64,000 bases of DNA from the human T2T-CHM13v2.0 reference genome, Homo sapiens. The notes below the pieces were generated by a model that ran no database searches, was not told the origin of the DNA, and saw nothing but the letters and a program-made list of their open reading frames with translations. The stretch lies in the NCBI RefSeq assembly GCF_009914755.1, contig NC_060932.1; one strand, written 5' to 3'. Both the position numbers and the translations under genes were made by a program. Below, one piece after another: positions 30,385 to 45,345 of the stretch. Numbering within the stretch: the stretch's first letter is position 1; every line of letters begins with the position of its first letter.

Positions 30385-30910
30385 TGTCCCATTATCTGCT
30401 ATTGCACAATTGTAATGGTCTCTAGCCCTGCCATTCCTCCAAGCAGTTCTGCATATTTTTTCCAGAACCATCTTTTTGAATTGCAAATGTGATGATGTTG
30501 CCCCCATGAGGCCCAGCCCAACTCTCAAGTCTCATTTTACCTTTACCCCTTTATCACACTCTATCCTTCAGCCACTCGGAACTCCTTGTTCTGCATACCA
30601 CTGCACTCTCTATTCATTTCTCACTTATCTACAATGTCCACCTAGAAAAATCTTATCTTTTAAAATGCAATTCAAGGTTGCCTTGTTAATGAAATCTTTT
30701 ATTTCATCCAGTAAGAATGGGGTATTCCTCTTTTCAGTCTGCCAGTGCCTTCAGTGGATGTCACTCATAAGAATTTATTACTTTTATTTAGTCATATATT
30801 ATTATTGCTTCTTGCATACTCTTTGAGATCATTAAATGTCATGAGCATGTTGACAATTATCTCTGCTTCCACAGAACAGACTAGGCACTCAGTAAACAGT
30901 AAACAAGTAA
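30385..30910 (+). mobile_element. L2 fragment(s)
   Basis: CCAGAACCATCTTTTTGAATTGCAAATGTGATGATGT; TAGGCACTCAGTAAA 3' end. Confidence 0.6.
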
Positions 30911-31189
30911 ATGTAAAATGTATAATTGCAATAAAATCATCTATTCTCCAAAAGAATATCAGAAATTTCCCAGTAGATGAAATAACTATTGCTACCAAAA
31001 TAAAATTGCAAATGTGTATCAACTTTGGACTAGAGAAAGAACAAGATGAAACTAAAGGCAGGAAAATGTTTATTATTTTCCATATATCTCACCCTTCGGT
31101 GAAATCAATATGCTTGCTGCCTTGCTTTATTCTACCTTAATGTGAGAACTTTCTAGAAAGCTGTATTAATGGAGTAGGAGGAGACTATT

Positions 31190-31430
31190 AGCATTTATTG
31201 TGACCCTCACTTAAGTGCTAGGAATATATTAGCCACTTTGATATAAATAATCTCATTTAACCCACACAGCTCTTCATTCCATCTAATATAATCCCTGTCA
31301 TGGCAAATAATAAACTGAAGGTCAGAGAAGTTAGTTGACTTTTTCCAAATTTACACAGCATTTGATCAAGGCAGGATTCAAATCCAAGACTTTGATTCAA
31401 AGGCCTATGATCTTTCTATTTTACACTGCA
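31190..31430 (-). mobile_element. MIR
   Basis: TCTCATTTAACCC, AAACTGAAGGTCAGAGAAGTTAG, AGGATTCAAATCCA. Confidence 0.8.
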
Positions 31431-31596
31431 AGAATTTGTACCCAGGCAGATGGTTTCTCCTTGACCTTTTTAATGTGAAGGTAAAAGGATACAAAGATCC
31501 CTAAGAAATAGACAAATGTGTATAAAAGCAATAAAACTGGTCACATCTTTTGAGATTAGTAATATAATGAGTCAAAAGTAATTTGCTTGTCTGTAA

Positions 31597-31912
<316 letters not shown>

Positions 31913-32452
31913 TATAAACTTCTTCTTAAGTGACATTTTAAAAAGCAGAGAACACTATTGTAAATCCTTCTCCTTTCCACCTTATGATAAAATTTCTTCA
32001 TTTTTTGATCTCAATGTCTTCTGTTATTTTCACCTGAGTAGGATTGCTTCAGGGTTCAACCTGACAACCAACACTCCAACAGTGACCAGTGACGTGAGAT
32101 AAATGGATGGAACCATCCCTGGTGTTTTCAGGCAGTTTTCTCATAACTTGTTACTGACATTGTCGCCCTTCTCAAGGACCCTGCATGTAAAGAGAAGTGT
32201 TCATTCCCACATCACTCTAACTGTCCTCAATGGCAACATTCATTGTTGCTTTCTGAATAAGTGCAGGTTCTCCTTGACTCTTAGCCTAGACAGTAGCTAA
32301 GCCACAGTATCCAAGAGTAGTCCAGTTTTAGGATAAAGCAGATTTAAATATCAGGTTTAAAATAAATGAGCAAATAAAGGGTGAGGAGCTGGGGTTGCTA
32401 AAGATCATTCACAATGAAGATGAAAAGAGAATGAGGAGGAGGAGGAGAAGAA

Positions 32453-32600
32453 ACACTTATTAAATGCCTACTGTATGCTAAGGACCATGATGACTCATTT
32501 ACAGCCTCTAACTCCGTGAGGTACATACTATTGTCTCATGATTACAGATGAGGAAACTGAGGCTTAGAGAGACTAACCTTCCCAAGTATACACAGATTTG
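32453..32600 (-). mobile_element. MIR
   Basis: MIR core TTACAGATGAGGAAACTGAGGCTTAGAGAG. Confidence 0.85.
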
Positions 32601-33204
32601 AGCCACAGACCCTACCACACTGGATTTAGGCTGAGAAAATTAGCAAGGTGAGACTGGCAGTGGATAACGAGTTTTATAGGAGTTCAGGAAAATACTGAGA
32701 GGCTTTGCATCCTTCATGTTTGAAATTTGCACAATGAAGTCAATTTCTAAGACCCCCCACAGCACCAAAATATTGGGAGATGATGGCCAACATTTTCTGC
32801 TCTCTGGATCAGATATGGCAAATGGGAGTGTTTACATACATCAAGAAAAACTAGCTAAAAGTATACTGAAATTACAACTCCTCTTTAATGTGTTTTCCTG
32901 GTTATGAAAAAAGTACGTGCTGGTGCTGTCATTACCAAGATAAATATTACAGTACTTTGGAAATAACAAGGCATGAGAGAGTGGAAAATGCCTCAAATAA
33001 CAGATAATTTTAAAGATTTTTTCATTGTGAAATTTTAGAGATATGCAGTTCTGTCTCTCCTTAGAATGAATATACCCACCAACAGCAGAGCCACCACCTG
33101 TAGAATATAAGTTAATTTGAGGAATAGATGACTTCCATTTCCATTATCACTTTGACCTTGGTTATGACTCTGGCTATTATGATCCTAAAACTATACAACC
33201 ATGT

Positions 33205-33390
33205 AGCTGTTGACAGTTTATAAAGTGCCTTCTTTTATATCATCTCATTTATTTCTCATAACTACCCTAAAAGGTATTTATTGTTAGCCTCTTTTTATAG
33301 ATGAGGCTCCAAAAGTTTGACTTGCTCCAAGTCATCTGTAATAGGTGAGGGAGCTGAGATTTCAACCTAGGCCTTCTGCTTCCACTATAA
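33205..33390 (-). mobile_element. MIR
   Basis: ATCTCATTTATTTCTCATAACTACCC, TTTTATAGATGAGG. Confidence 0.7.
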
Positions 33391-34389
33391 TATTATGTTT
33401 ATAATCATACTCATGAGAGCTCATAAAATATTTATTTCCTGATGATAAAACCATTTACATAGATATCTTCTCCTGATTTCCCTGAAGTTAAACTTAATGT
33501 CATCTTAATGGTGATGACAAATAGTTTAAGTTGAAACTAGATTTTCTTAGCTATTTTATGACTTGACATTTTAGAGTTTGCCAGAAACTCTCAAGCATAA
33601 AGGAAAAGACTAATTGCTCTTTGAATTTTCCTGGTGACTGTCTAGGTTAGGTAAGCAGTGTTAGAGTGCAGATCATTATGCATTTGTAATCTGATAAGCA
33701 GCTTGGTAACCAGAAACTGAATCCAAAAAGCTCATCTTGAATTGCACTCTGGCCTGTGATACATCTCTCCATAGATCTGTGTATGTGTATGCAAATGAAA
33801 AGTATGTAGATGCACGTATATTTATATCTATACACATATGTATTTATATATACATAGTAATATATAAATATAGATGCCACTTCCTAAATACCAAAACATG
33901 CAATCTGAATGAGTTCTGTTACTATGTAGAGTGTGAGGAGTGTGACTCAGATCGTCTAGGAAAATGTTATACATGTTATACACAAGACAAAATTAACATC
34001 GCTCCCTCACTGAGCTCATTAAAAAAAATGGGAGAATGGAATCAACTAAAACTTCCAATTGAAAATCGAACAACATATTGGTTTGCTTTCCTCTGAAGGT
34101 TTCTTATTGCTCTGACAGAACATGAGACCATTTAAATCACTCCGATGACTATTTGTGGAATTGACAGAAATGTTTGGGGTTAAGTGTCTATGCTTCAAGA
34201 AAGCAAGTGAATACTCTCAGCACTGGCCTTCCCGGCTGGGCCTTCCCTCTCTTTGTACTTGCGCCTCCCTAGCAATCAAGCCAGGAGCCCATCACCAGCT
34301 TCCTGTTGGAGCCACGGCTGGGGCAGTCTCTGGGTAGCAGACCCAATTGTGTTCCACCCAGGTTACTTGGAGCCTTTTAAACTTCCCTG

Positions 34390-34545
34390 TGTAATTCTCC
34401 TTACAACATAGCTACAGGTACCATTAGTATCTTCACTTTATAGAAAAAGAAACTGAAGCACAGAGGTGTTAAGTAACTTGCCTAAGGTCAGACAACTAAG
34501 ATTGGAGGCCATCAATTTTGGCTTCAGAGTTCATGTTTTTAACTG
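34390..34545 (-). mobile_element. MIR
   Basis: GAAACTGAAGCACAGAGGTGTTAAGTAACTTGCCTAAGGTCA. Confidence 0.85.
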
Positions 34546-35231
34546 TTCATCATATTAATACTTTAAAAATGGTATTTGCTTTTTGAGTCCCAGATCTGAT
34601 TTGTTTCTTACAAACAGTAAGAATTTAGACAACTTTCTGAAGTTTCTGTACTCAGTTTCTCTTTTTTTCACTTTTTCTGTAAAATGGAGCTTCCTTGCAG
34701 CTTGTTTTCACAGACTAAACTTTGGAGCAAAGGAATGTTGTAAATGAAGTCTACACTTATTATTTTACTAAGCCCTTAGAAAAATTAAATGTAGCCACAA
34801 CTTTTGTAAAAAGTTAAATTATCCCTTTACTAATACAAAACTTGTGATGATTTGGCAAGCATGGATTATTGCTGCTTTTTAAACTGTTGCCAAAATATTA
34901 AACAGAATTCCACTTCCAAATTGCTCAAAGATCCTTCCTAAGATGTTGAAATCATGAGTACATTGCCTCAGTTTCAACTTTTGCCTTATATTTGTGCTTC
35001 TGGTTTTAGTAATGGAGCCACTAAGCAGGATCATGTTATAATTAAATTCCTTTGTTACAAACTTATAGAAATTTCAGTAGTAGTTATAATGTGTACTGCT
35101 TAGTTATATTACATCCTGGGAAAGTCAATCTCAATAAAATGTGCCATATTTCTTGCAGTGAATTCTTAAGTGTAATAGGACAAAGACTCCTTGAAAAATA
35201 TTTGATCATCAAAGATTTTCCTTTTTTGGTG

Positions 35232-35490
35232 ACATGCATGTGGCACTTAGTGTATGCCGGGCATTGTTTCTAAATGTATTATGTTCATTAATCCAATTAG
35301 TCCTTGTAAATCCCATGAGGCAGGTACTGTTATTATCCCTATTTTATAACTAAGAAAACCGAGACATAGGAAGACTTACGCACCCTTCCTAAGACCACAA
35401 AGCTAGTAAGTGCTGATAATAGAAAAGTGGATAGGACCCTGGGATGTGACGGCAGGGTCTGTGCTTCAACCACCATGCACACTGCCCCAC
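35232..35490 (-). mobile_element. MIR
   Basis: CCCATGAGGCAGGTACTGTTATTATCCCTATTTTA, CCTAAGACCACAAAGCTAGTAAGTG. Confidence 0.82.
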
Positions 35491-36594
35491 AGAAATGGAG
35501 GGATGGCTTGACCTCATTTATAAAGATTAATCCAGTACAGCTATTTTTGTTTATGCATGTGAGGTAAATACCACACAAAGTTGCCATGCTAAGAATTTTA
35601 GTTACATGTCTCATGGAAAAGGTGGTGTCTGTCAAAACGTGTGTTAATGAATCCAAAGTCAAGGTAATTTGACGGAGTTAACATGAAATAAATAGAGTGT
35701 GGTGTAGGGAATAACAGTTTGGGAACATTAATTCCAATGGGAAGGTATTCTGGTGAAAGCCAGCCATTAGACAGGCACCAGTGGTTTTCAGGGATTGGTA
35801 CGGGATTGAACAGGTAGGGAGATATTCTTGGCTGGTTGTGTGACTGTGGGCAAATTTCCTAACGTTTCTACCTTAGACTCCTCATCTATACATAAAGGGA
35901 TTAAATAAGAAGATACCTGAGATCTTATCTAGCTATACAAATCTTTGGTTGTTAAAGCCTGTGAGTTTGCTTTCATTTTAGTTTTGAGTGGAAAGAAACA
36001 CCAAGACTTCCAATTTCTTTAATAAATGCATATTGGTTTGTGCTTCAGACAGTCTTCCTTGTGGATTCTGATGCTACCTTTCCAATATATACCCAGGAGG
36101 TCCTTGTGATCCATCAATCCATAAATCAGCAGACATGTTTTACTGGTACATTAAATTACAGGGTGCCCTGGAGCAATATACCTGCTGTTTGTCAGCCATT
36201 GCCACCTGCCACTGGTGTCTATGGGATTACAACTTCTTAATGAACTGCTGTGGGGTGGGGGTGGTAGGACAAGATGCAAGGAAGAAGGAATTATGATGTA
36301 GATGCTGCTGGACATGTTTTCTTGTCTGTTGCCTTATAAAAGAGTCATTAGTTTTTCTCTCTGCACTTAAAGTTGGTCATCTGTCAGTCATCTACCTGTT
36401 AGTTTTAATGCATGCAATGAAAGGAAAAGAAAAAACAAGATGGTCTTTTATCATGTGATGTTGACCTAGTTTTTCTGGGGGTGGGACATCTAGATATTCA
36501 CACTAAACATCACAAAAGGGTTTCTCCCCTACAAAAGAGAAAGCCAGCTATGCATGCATGGATATGCACTCTTTTGTGTACACATGTCACAAGT

Positions 36595-38330
36595 TATTAG
36601 TGCTACTTCTATGTGCCAGAAATTCTTCAAGATACAGGAGCTACAACAAGGAATAAGGCAATGTCCCTCTCCTCATGGAGTTTACACTCTAGTGGGAGAA
36701 ACACATCGGTAAACTAAAAAATAATATAAATTCAGCTAGTGATACATGCTACGAAGCAAAATAAACAGAGAGAGTGATGGAAGACAGGATGCTGCTATTT
36801 TAGGTAGGGTAGCATGGAAAGTCTTTTCTGAGGGAGCATTGCAGGAAAAACATGAATGATGACAGCCATGCCAAGGCCCGGGGAAGAGTCCTCCAGGAAG
36901 AGGGAACAGCAGATATAAAAGTCTCAGAGGCAAAATAAGCATTGTGTATTCCAGCAAAAAGAAGGCTAATGATGGGCTAAAGCCTATTATGCATTGGAGG
37001 AAAAGGGAGGTAATAGCCACAGCAAAAGAGGCAAAGCAAATTCACATAGGACCTCATATGTCAGAATAACGATTTAGAATTTTATTTGAAGGGAAGTAGA
37101 AGCTGTGAGTTTTGAGCAGGAGAATGACATGATCTGACTTGCATTTTGAAAGACTCATTGCTGTGTGTCAGAGGCCTGTGTGAACAAGATGGGAAGCAGG
37201 ACAACCAGCTAGGAGGATATCACAGAGGTCAGAAGGCCATGCTGGGGTCTTAGACGAGGATGGTAATGGAGGTGAATAGAGAATATATTTTTCTGAATAT
37301 GTTTTTATTTTTATTTTATTTTTTAAACTCAAAAGTTATTACAAACTGAAGTGGAACCAACAGCAATCCACTAGCTCCTAGATTGGATAGAGAGTAAAAG
37401 AAAAAGAGGAAGCAATAATGATCCCTAGATTTCTGGCCTGAGCAAATGGTTTAAGGACAGTGTTACTAATTTAGTTCAAAAAATTAGAGAAGACTCAAGA
37501 TGAAAAGATCAAAAGTCACATTATGGACTTGTATAGTTTGAGATGTTCATGAGACATTAGAGTTTGTCTGAGGAAAGATTAGGGTAAGAGAGATAATTTG
37601 GGTTTCCTTAGTGTTATGTGATGTTTAGACCATGAGACTCAATGGAATACAGTCCCTAAAGAGAAAATGTAGATAGAGGAGTGGCTAGGACCTGTGAATT
37701 GAGCCCTGGAGAAGTCCATTATTTAGTACATAGGAGGAGGAGGAGGAGGAAGAACCAGAAGACTGTGATAATGTCTCAGGAATCAAGAGAAGAATATTTT
37801 TCCAAAAAGAAAGAGCAATCTGTTTGAAGTCAAGAGTGAGCTTTTGAGTGGTCAAACAACACTCGGCAGAAAACAGACTGCTGAGTTTGAGGCAATGAGG
37901 CTCCTAAGTGAAGCATAGCGGTGGGAAGAGAACCTGATTGGGTTAAAGAAAGGAGAATGAGAAAGCAAAAACTCAGAGTGCAGATAATTCTTTAGATGTC
38001 TGCTACAAAAGGGAGCAAGAAATGGGAAATGAACACCCTGTGAGTATGGACTAAAATAGAATGAGGTTATTTTGTGTTTTGTGTTTTGTTTTTGTTTCTT
38101 TTATGGAAGCTATTTCGGCATCATTTTAGTCTTTGGGGAAAAGAATGAAGAGCAGAAGAGACTCAGACGAGGCACTGGAGCAGCTAAGTCCCTGAGTTGG
38201 TGAGAGGGAATGGGATACATTAGTTTTAGGAAGATACAAGGATAGTTCAATCATTTTGTTTTAATAGGTAGAAAAGCAGTTTATATAGGTACAGATACAG
38301 GTTGATAGATCAGGGGGTGGTAAGCCGAAC
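36595..38330 (-). mobile_element. Long L2 remnant
   Basis: TATGTGCCAG, CTCATGGAGTTTACACTCTAGTGGG, TTTTGAGCAGGAGAATGACATGATCTGACTTGCATTTT, TTTCTGGCCTGAGCAAATGG; purine-rich throughout. Confidence 0.8.
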
Positions 38331-38493
38331 AGTCCTTGTTTTTCACTCAACATTCTTAGTACCACACAATTGTTGCCACTGCTCAGTTTGACTTTTCTTC
38401 TTTAGTCTTTAAGGTCCTGATTGTATTTTATGTTTTATACAGTTTCTATATAATTTTGGCCTATGCTGATAACTTTAGACTTTTATCAGTTAG

Positions 38494-38820
<327 letters not shown>

Positions 38821-39864
38821 GCAATTCCTAATTTCTATGTAAGTCAAAACTCTAAGTCCATAAAAAAACACAGAAAATTAACTGTACTTCCTCTAATATA
38901 CTTCAAAAATACCTATCTGTAGATAGATATTTAGTAACCTAAGAATGAGTTGGTGCTCTGGCTTCTCAGTCAAAAGATGCCTCGCTCAGCTATTTAAGGG
39001 ATGAGTGTACAAAGCCAATGCCATTTATTAGAAAAAAAAAATGCAACTCCTGGATTAGTCTGAGATAGACAAAATAAAAACTATGAATGTGTCCTGCATA
39101 ATTCCATTGATTTCACTTTTTTTTTCCAGGGACCAGTGACCAAAATTTTACCTGTTAACCATTTCATATCTATTATTGTATGGGCCTCAGCAGCACAGAA
39201 GTAGATGATAAAGAATTTTATCATTGTTTCTGGTTATTATAATAGCTATTGACTTGATTTTCTTTTTCTTTCAAAATCAATTTCATAGTTGACAGCTATT
39301 AGAAAAATGCATTGTCCATCCTATCTGAGTCTTCAAAAGTGGCACATTCATTCCAAAATTGGGGCCCACCATCAATCAGTCAATCAATCAATCAGCAAAC
39401 CAGTCAGCTGTGGATTTTCAGATGAATTTAGGACCTCTAACTTTGCTTTCATTGCTCCTTTATTCTCTAATTCTTTTCCTGCTGTCTGCTTCTAACCATT
39501 TGACTTTGTTTCCTTTTTCTGTTGACAGATTCAAGCTGATTGTGGTCAGTTTGCTTGGTTTTTAGACTCAGCAGCACTTGCCTTGCACTCCCTTTCTGGA
39601 CTTTCCTCTTCCAGAGTGCTTTCTAAACATCCCTCTCAGCCTTAGGTAAATAGCAAGTACACATAGTCCGTATAGCCTTCAGGATTTTCTAGTTTTTTTT
39701 CAGAAGTAGGGAAATTCAGTCTTGATCTATAAGTGCTATTGCAATACATATATTCAAAGAAAGCAATTTTCTGAAGATTAAAGTATTCGGAAAGGACAAT
39801 TAAGCTTTTATGAACTGACACATCTATAATACTTGAATATCTCACAAAGGTTAGCAGTTTGTGT

Positions 39865-40125
39865 TTAGCATGTGTAATAATGGCTAACCTTTGCACAAGT
39901 GTCAGATCACACTAAGTTTTTTACGTTTGTTACCTAGTTAAATGCTCACAACAATTCTGTGACCCAGTTATTGCCATTACCCCATTTTACAAATTAGGTG
40001 ACTGAGGCTCACAAACACTGAGGGACTTGCCCAGAGTCATATAGCTGGAAAGTGACAGAATAAGTTTCAAACCAAGCAAGTCTAAAGCCAAGACCCACCC
40101 CCTTAACGAACACATTCTGTTGCCT
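39865..40125 (-). mobile_element. MIR
   Basis: CCCATTTTACAAATTAGGTGACTGAGGCTCAC, GACTTGCCCAGAGTCATATAGCT. Confidence 0.85.
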
Positions 40126-40649
40126 AAGGAGACATCCAGCATCCAAGCCTTGCACATATCAACCAAAGGACCCCAGGGATCCCCTCACTTGCACCTGCCC
40201 CACAAGCTGACCCCTGCAATGCATGAAGACCAAATGTAAAATATTAATATCAAAATTCTGGGTTGGAGCTCCTATAAGATTATGTTTTATTTTGTATCTA
40301 ATAACAGTTTTTTAATTCATTTTTTGGATAAGATACCCACCAGAGGATCAAACCACCACTAGACTTATAGTCCTAATTGATGGAGGGAAAGTTCCATGTA
40401 AATTCAACATTTCTCCTTGTGGTATGTAATTTTAATCACAACCAACAACATAATTATCATTGATTGATTTGATGATTAAATCTATATTTTCTTCTTTTTT
40501 GGTCTCTGGCCAGTGCATGGAATCATTTTGCTGGCATTCTCAACACGGGAAAATGTTGAGAAACGAACTGTTTCAAAGAACTAGAGTGTCATGTGGTCTC
40601 CTTTCCCAAAATCCATTGCCTTGATTTGGTACTAGAAGTCTAGCCTTTA

Positions 40650-42905
40650 TAAGGCCATCCTGGAGTTTAATTTCCCACTTCCTGAATTAGCATCTGTATT
40701 AAGTCGTCTTATTTCTTTTATTAGAAACTTTGCCATGTTTCCCAAAAGTATTTGTCCAAAACTTTTCTTTAGGTCCAATTCAGCACACCTAGTTTAAACT
40801 TTTTCATGAGATTTTTACTGACTTTCAAAATATGTCTTAATATAAACATTTGAAAAATGCAGGAAATTGTGAAGTAACAATATCTCTCAAATTCCCATGA
40901 CTTATTTGATGTTTTATTGGACTTCATAAACATATACCAAAAAATCACAACCAAAACCCCTGGAATAATGGGCTTTATATAGTTTAAACAAAATGCTGAC
41001 ATAGGTATAATTTTTTTTGCTTTTTTTAACTTTATTTACATCATGATTGTTCTCCATTTTCCCATCCATTACAATTATTTTAATAGCTATGTTTTTCTTT
41101 TTTAAAATTATGTTTTCTAATCTACTATTCCTAGTTATAAGAACATGAATACTATTGGCATGGTTTATATATAAGCCATGTTTCACATGGCTATGTATCT
41201 AACATCATTGCTGAATTCTTATTACTTCAGTAATTTGTAGATTTCCTTAGTTTTTCTGTGTAGGCAATCATTATCACGTGTCAATAACAATTATTTTTAT
41301 TTCTTACATTCCAGTTTGTATGTATCTTATTTTTTTTTTCTTATTTACCATGATGGATAGAACTTCTATTTCAGTGTGGAGCCATAGTGATAATTCTCAT
41401 CATGTTTTCTTTTTGATATTAATGTAGTTCTTTTTCATTTGGTCAGTTAATGCAGTAGATTACACACACACCTGGATTTCATTCACTTAAATTATAATTT
41501 TTGCATTAAAATCCAAGTTCTGCCATTTTTTAGCTATTATCTTAGATAAGTTACTTAACCAATTTATGCCTCAGTTTTCTCAGCTGGGAATTAGAGTCAA
41601 GAATGGTACCAACTTCATAAGGTTGTTGTTAGCATTAAGAAGATAAGGCATGCAAAGTGCTTATAGCATACCAGTAAATGTTCAATTTAAATGTCAATTG
41701 TTATCTTCATCATTATAGATGGGGTTAGTTTATAATTTTCTTTCCTTGTACCTTCTGGATTTGGTATAAAGACTTTCTGATTTTTCTGTTTACAGAAACA
41801 ATTTATGCAAGATATGAGTTGCTTATTCTTTAAAAGAAAACTCACTTGTAACCCCCTACCTGTGGTATCTTTCATGGTAGGTTTTTAATCACTGGTGGAA
41901 ATTTCCTAGTATATTCAGATTTTTCCAATACTTCTTGGGTTCATTTTGGCAATTGATATTATTTTTTACAAAATCATTTAATCTGCTTAGAATTTATTGG
42001 CATAAATCATGAATAGGATTCTTTTGTGTTTTTCATTTCTACTTTGCTGTTGTGTTCTATTTTAAAATTTCTAATATTACTATTTTCTACTTTTTTGCTT
42101 TATTCCTTGATTTTGCCAAAAGTTTCTTACTCTTAGCAGTTTTTTCACAAATATCAGCTTTTGCTTTTTGGTCAATTCCATTGCTTTAAAAAATTATTTC
42201 TTTATGTTGATTTATATTTCCTTCTTTCTATTTTCTTTGGATTGACTGTGATGCCCTTCTTCCAATTTCTTGACTTGAAAACTTAGCTTTTAATTTTAAC
42301 TTTTTCTGTGTTTCTTAGTTTTTAATAGACATTTAAAATTATTAAATCCCTCAACCACTAATTTAGCTTTATCCCACAAACCTTGATATTTGATAATTTT
42401 ATTATTTTCCTTCTACATACTTTTAACATTTCCATTATGATTTCTTCTTTAATCCATGCATTATTTAGCAGAGTGTTTTTTGGTCTCCAAATGCATGGCA
42501 TTCTTTTGGCCTTGTTTTTATTTCTCATTTCTAATATTATTCCATTATGGTAAAAAAAAATGTGATCTTAACTATACTGCTTCTTTGGTATTTGTTAATA
42601 TTTGTGTTTTGGCCTACTATATGTTAATTTTTAAAGAAATATTCCACGTGTACTTGAGAAAATATGAATTTCTAAATTTTTTGGTTATAGGGTTTCATAC
42701 ATGTTCATTACATAAAGTTTATTAATTGTGTTGTTCTAATATTCTATCTTAAATATATTCAATGTATATATTGCTTTTACTTTTAAGTCAATATGTCTGA
42801 TATTATAATATATTGTACCCAACCTTCTTTCAGCTCATAGTTGCCTAGTATACTTTTCTCAAGGCTTTACCTTCGACCTTTCTTTATAATTATTCTTTGA
42901 TCTAT
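40650..42905 (-). mobile_element. Very old L1M (L1ME-like) fragments, interrupted by a MIR
   Basis: T-rich block; TTTTCTGTGTAGGCAATCAT, TTTAGCTTTATCCCACAAA, CCATTATGATTTCTTCTTTAATCCATG. Confidence 0.7.
41505..41695 (+). mobile_element. MIR
   Basis: AAGTTACTTAACCAATTTATGCCTCAGTTTTCTCAGCTG. Confidence 0.85.
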
Positions 42906-43014
42906 TCTTGTTTAGATAACATTTAGAAAAATAACACAAGGGAGGCCATTTTGTCTCTCTGGATTATCCCCTGCTCTGTGTCATCTAGAGCAATGCATTT
43001 GAAAATACTTCAAC

Positions 43015-43160
43015 TCGCGTCAACAAACATTTATTGAGTGACTCATATTCCAGGCACTCTACTAGTAATACAAAATTGTGTAAGATATGGTTTGTTTTTT
43101 TCAATACCTTCCAATCTCGTGTATAGATCAATACAAGCAGATAATTCCAGTATAAAGTGG
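43015..43160 (-). mobile_element. L2 3' fragment
   Basis: CAACAAACATTTATTGAGTG...CCAGGCACT. Confidence 0.7.
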
Positions 43161-43989
43161 CAAATGCTAAGATAACAACACTCACTTGATAAATACCTTC
43201 TGATGATGAGGCCAGGCTGTAACCATACCCCTCCTGTCTGGAGAAGAATCCCAGTGATTTCTTAAAGCAAAACATCCAGGCTCTGTGTGCACTAATTGGC
43301 ATAGAAACGGCAAATAGGCAAGTAAGCCCCAACTTCAACTCTGCAGCCACTATAGGGTCTCAAGAGAGTGATTGTGATTAACTCATTATTTTGAAAAATA
43401 CCAGTGAACATAAGAAAAATGACCTTGGAGTCATGATAAAAAAAATTAACGCATGTGTTTTAACTCAATCTGTCTGAAGCACAATTAAACTAAAAGATAT
43501 GGTAGGGTATGTCCTATGACTGGGCCAGCACACATGCCTCTGAAGGCCTTGTGAGGCACTAAGCCACAGAGAAATACATTCATGGACTGACAATATATGC
43601 TTTGTCTTCTCCAGCAACCATTAGAATATGGCTGTTTTTGGTGAAAAAAAAATTAAAATCCATTTTAAATTGGTATCATTTTTGTGATAGTGATCATTTT
43701 TTAAGCTGTCATTCTGTCGTATTGATTTTTTCAAATAAGGAAAATATTGCTCGGAGGCTAAGAGCCACTAAGTTACACCAGCAGACACATACCAAAGGTC
43801 TACTCTGGAAGCAAAGTTCCATGTTAGGTGTCTGTGGGCTGGACAGTGGTGGGTGGGGGTCAAGCTGGAAGGTTCCATGGGGCTTTCAAACTCCAGCTCA
43901 CCAATCAAGTGGGGCTAATTGAGGACTGGAAGACGAGACACAGAGGCAAGAAGATTAATGACAGAAAAATAATTAGTAAATAAGGATAT

Positions 43990-44468
43990 TGTGGATTGAA
44001 TTGTGTTGTCAAGAAAGATATGTCCACGTTCTAATCCTCAGTACCAGTGCATGTGACCTTATTTGAAAATACAGTAAGGTCATTGCAGATGTAGTCAAGT
44101 TAGAATGAAGTCATTGTGGACTAGGGTGGGCTCTAATACAGTGACTGGTATCCTTAGAAGAAGAGAGAAATTCAGATGCAGACACAGACATACAGGGGAG
44201 AGTATCATATGAATATGAAGAAGGGATTAGAGGGATGTACCTATAAGCCACAGAAAGCCAACTATTACCAGTAGCCATCAGAAGCTAGGAGAGAGGCTTC
44301 TTAAAAGCATGGAACAGATTCTTCTTCAGAGCCTCCAGGAGGGACCAGTCCTGCCAACAGCTGGATTGCAGACTTCTGGCATCCAGAACTGTGGAAGAAT
44401 AAATTTCTGGTGCTATAAACCACCCAGTTTGCAATGGTTTGTTACAGGAGCCTCAGGAAACAAATACA
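43990..44468 (+). mobile_element. MLT1 (B/C-like) MaLR solo LTR
   Basis: TGAATTGTGT...ATGTGACCTTATTTGAAAATA...CCAGAACTGTGGAAGAATAAATTTCTG...GGAAACAAATACA. Confidence 0.88.
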
Positions 44469-45229
44469 AAGGAGAATCTGATTAGACAAGAAGTAGCTGA
44501 ACATGGAGGTGTTCTCCAAAGAATTTTTAAGATGATACTTTTGGCCAGAGTTTAAACATATGAGCATCAGGCTCTAAATCAGTGGTTCTGACTTTTTTTG
44601 TGAACACAGACAGCTAAGGTGGGGTGGAAGACATCATATTCTACATAGGTAGGCCAAAGACCCATGTCTTCCATTCCTACTTGTTTCTAACTTTCAATGG
44701 ATGAAGAACCCAACAACTAAGAAAAGAAGATGACAAAATGAACAAGTTAATTACAAGCTTACACACAGTTTTGTATTATACAATGATGACTTATAAAGTT
44801 AAAAATAATCTAGAACTTTTGTTACACTTACTTTGATAGTACATTTTTAAGTTATTTGAATAGAGCAAACATATAGGCAGCACCAATTTGGCAGATGATG
44901 CACGTGCCTGCTTTATCTCTAGAGGTATAGACAACTCATTCTTGAACTCATCATAGGCATGCCTTAAAATCTATTTATTGGAAAATTATAAATCAAATTA
45001 ATGTTGATGCAAATGTGCAAACTTACATATTGTAGGGTTCATCAAACAACCCACATCATGCTAAAATTAGTAATTCACAAAGCTAAACTAACAGGAATTT
45101 ATCATTCTAAAACAAGATTAGCAGCAATTGAAAATCATAACAAACTGCCGATGTACTAATAACAAAATGTCCTTCCTGAAAATCGTGGGAAATCTAATGT
45201 GATGCCTATGTCTATGTGAAGGAGGAGGC

Positions 45230-45345
45230 TTCATTTACTCAAATATTTCAGTACATACACACTAGTTAAGTGCCTACCAGGTGCATCAAGCATCTTTTCA
45301 GGTGCTGGGGCTACAGCAGTGAACACAGCAAAGTCTCTCCTCTCA
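45230..45345 (-). mobile_element. L2 3' fragment
   Basis: GGTGCTGGGGCTACAGCAGTGAACA. Confidence 0.65.

Noticed and set aside
39110-39200. Strong acceptor TTTTTTTTTCCAG
   Set aside because: No convincing donor nearby; T-runs generate such sites by chance
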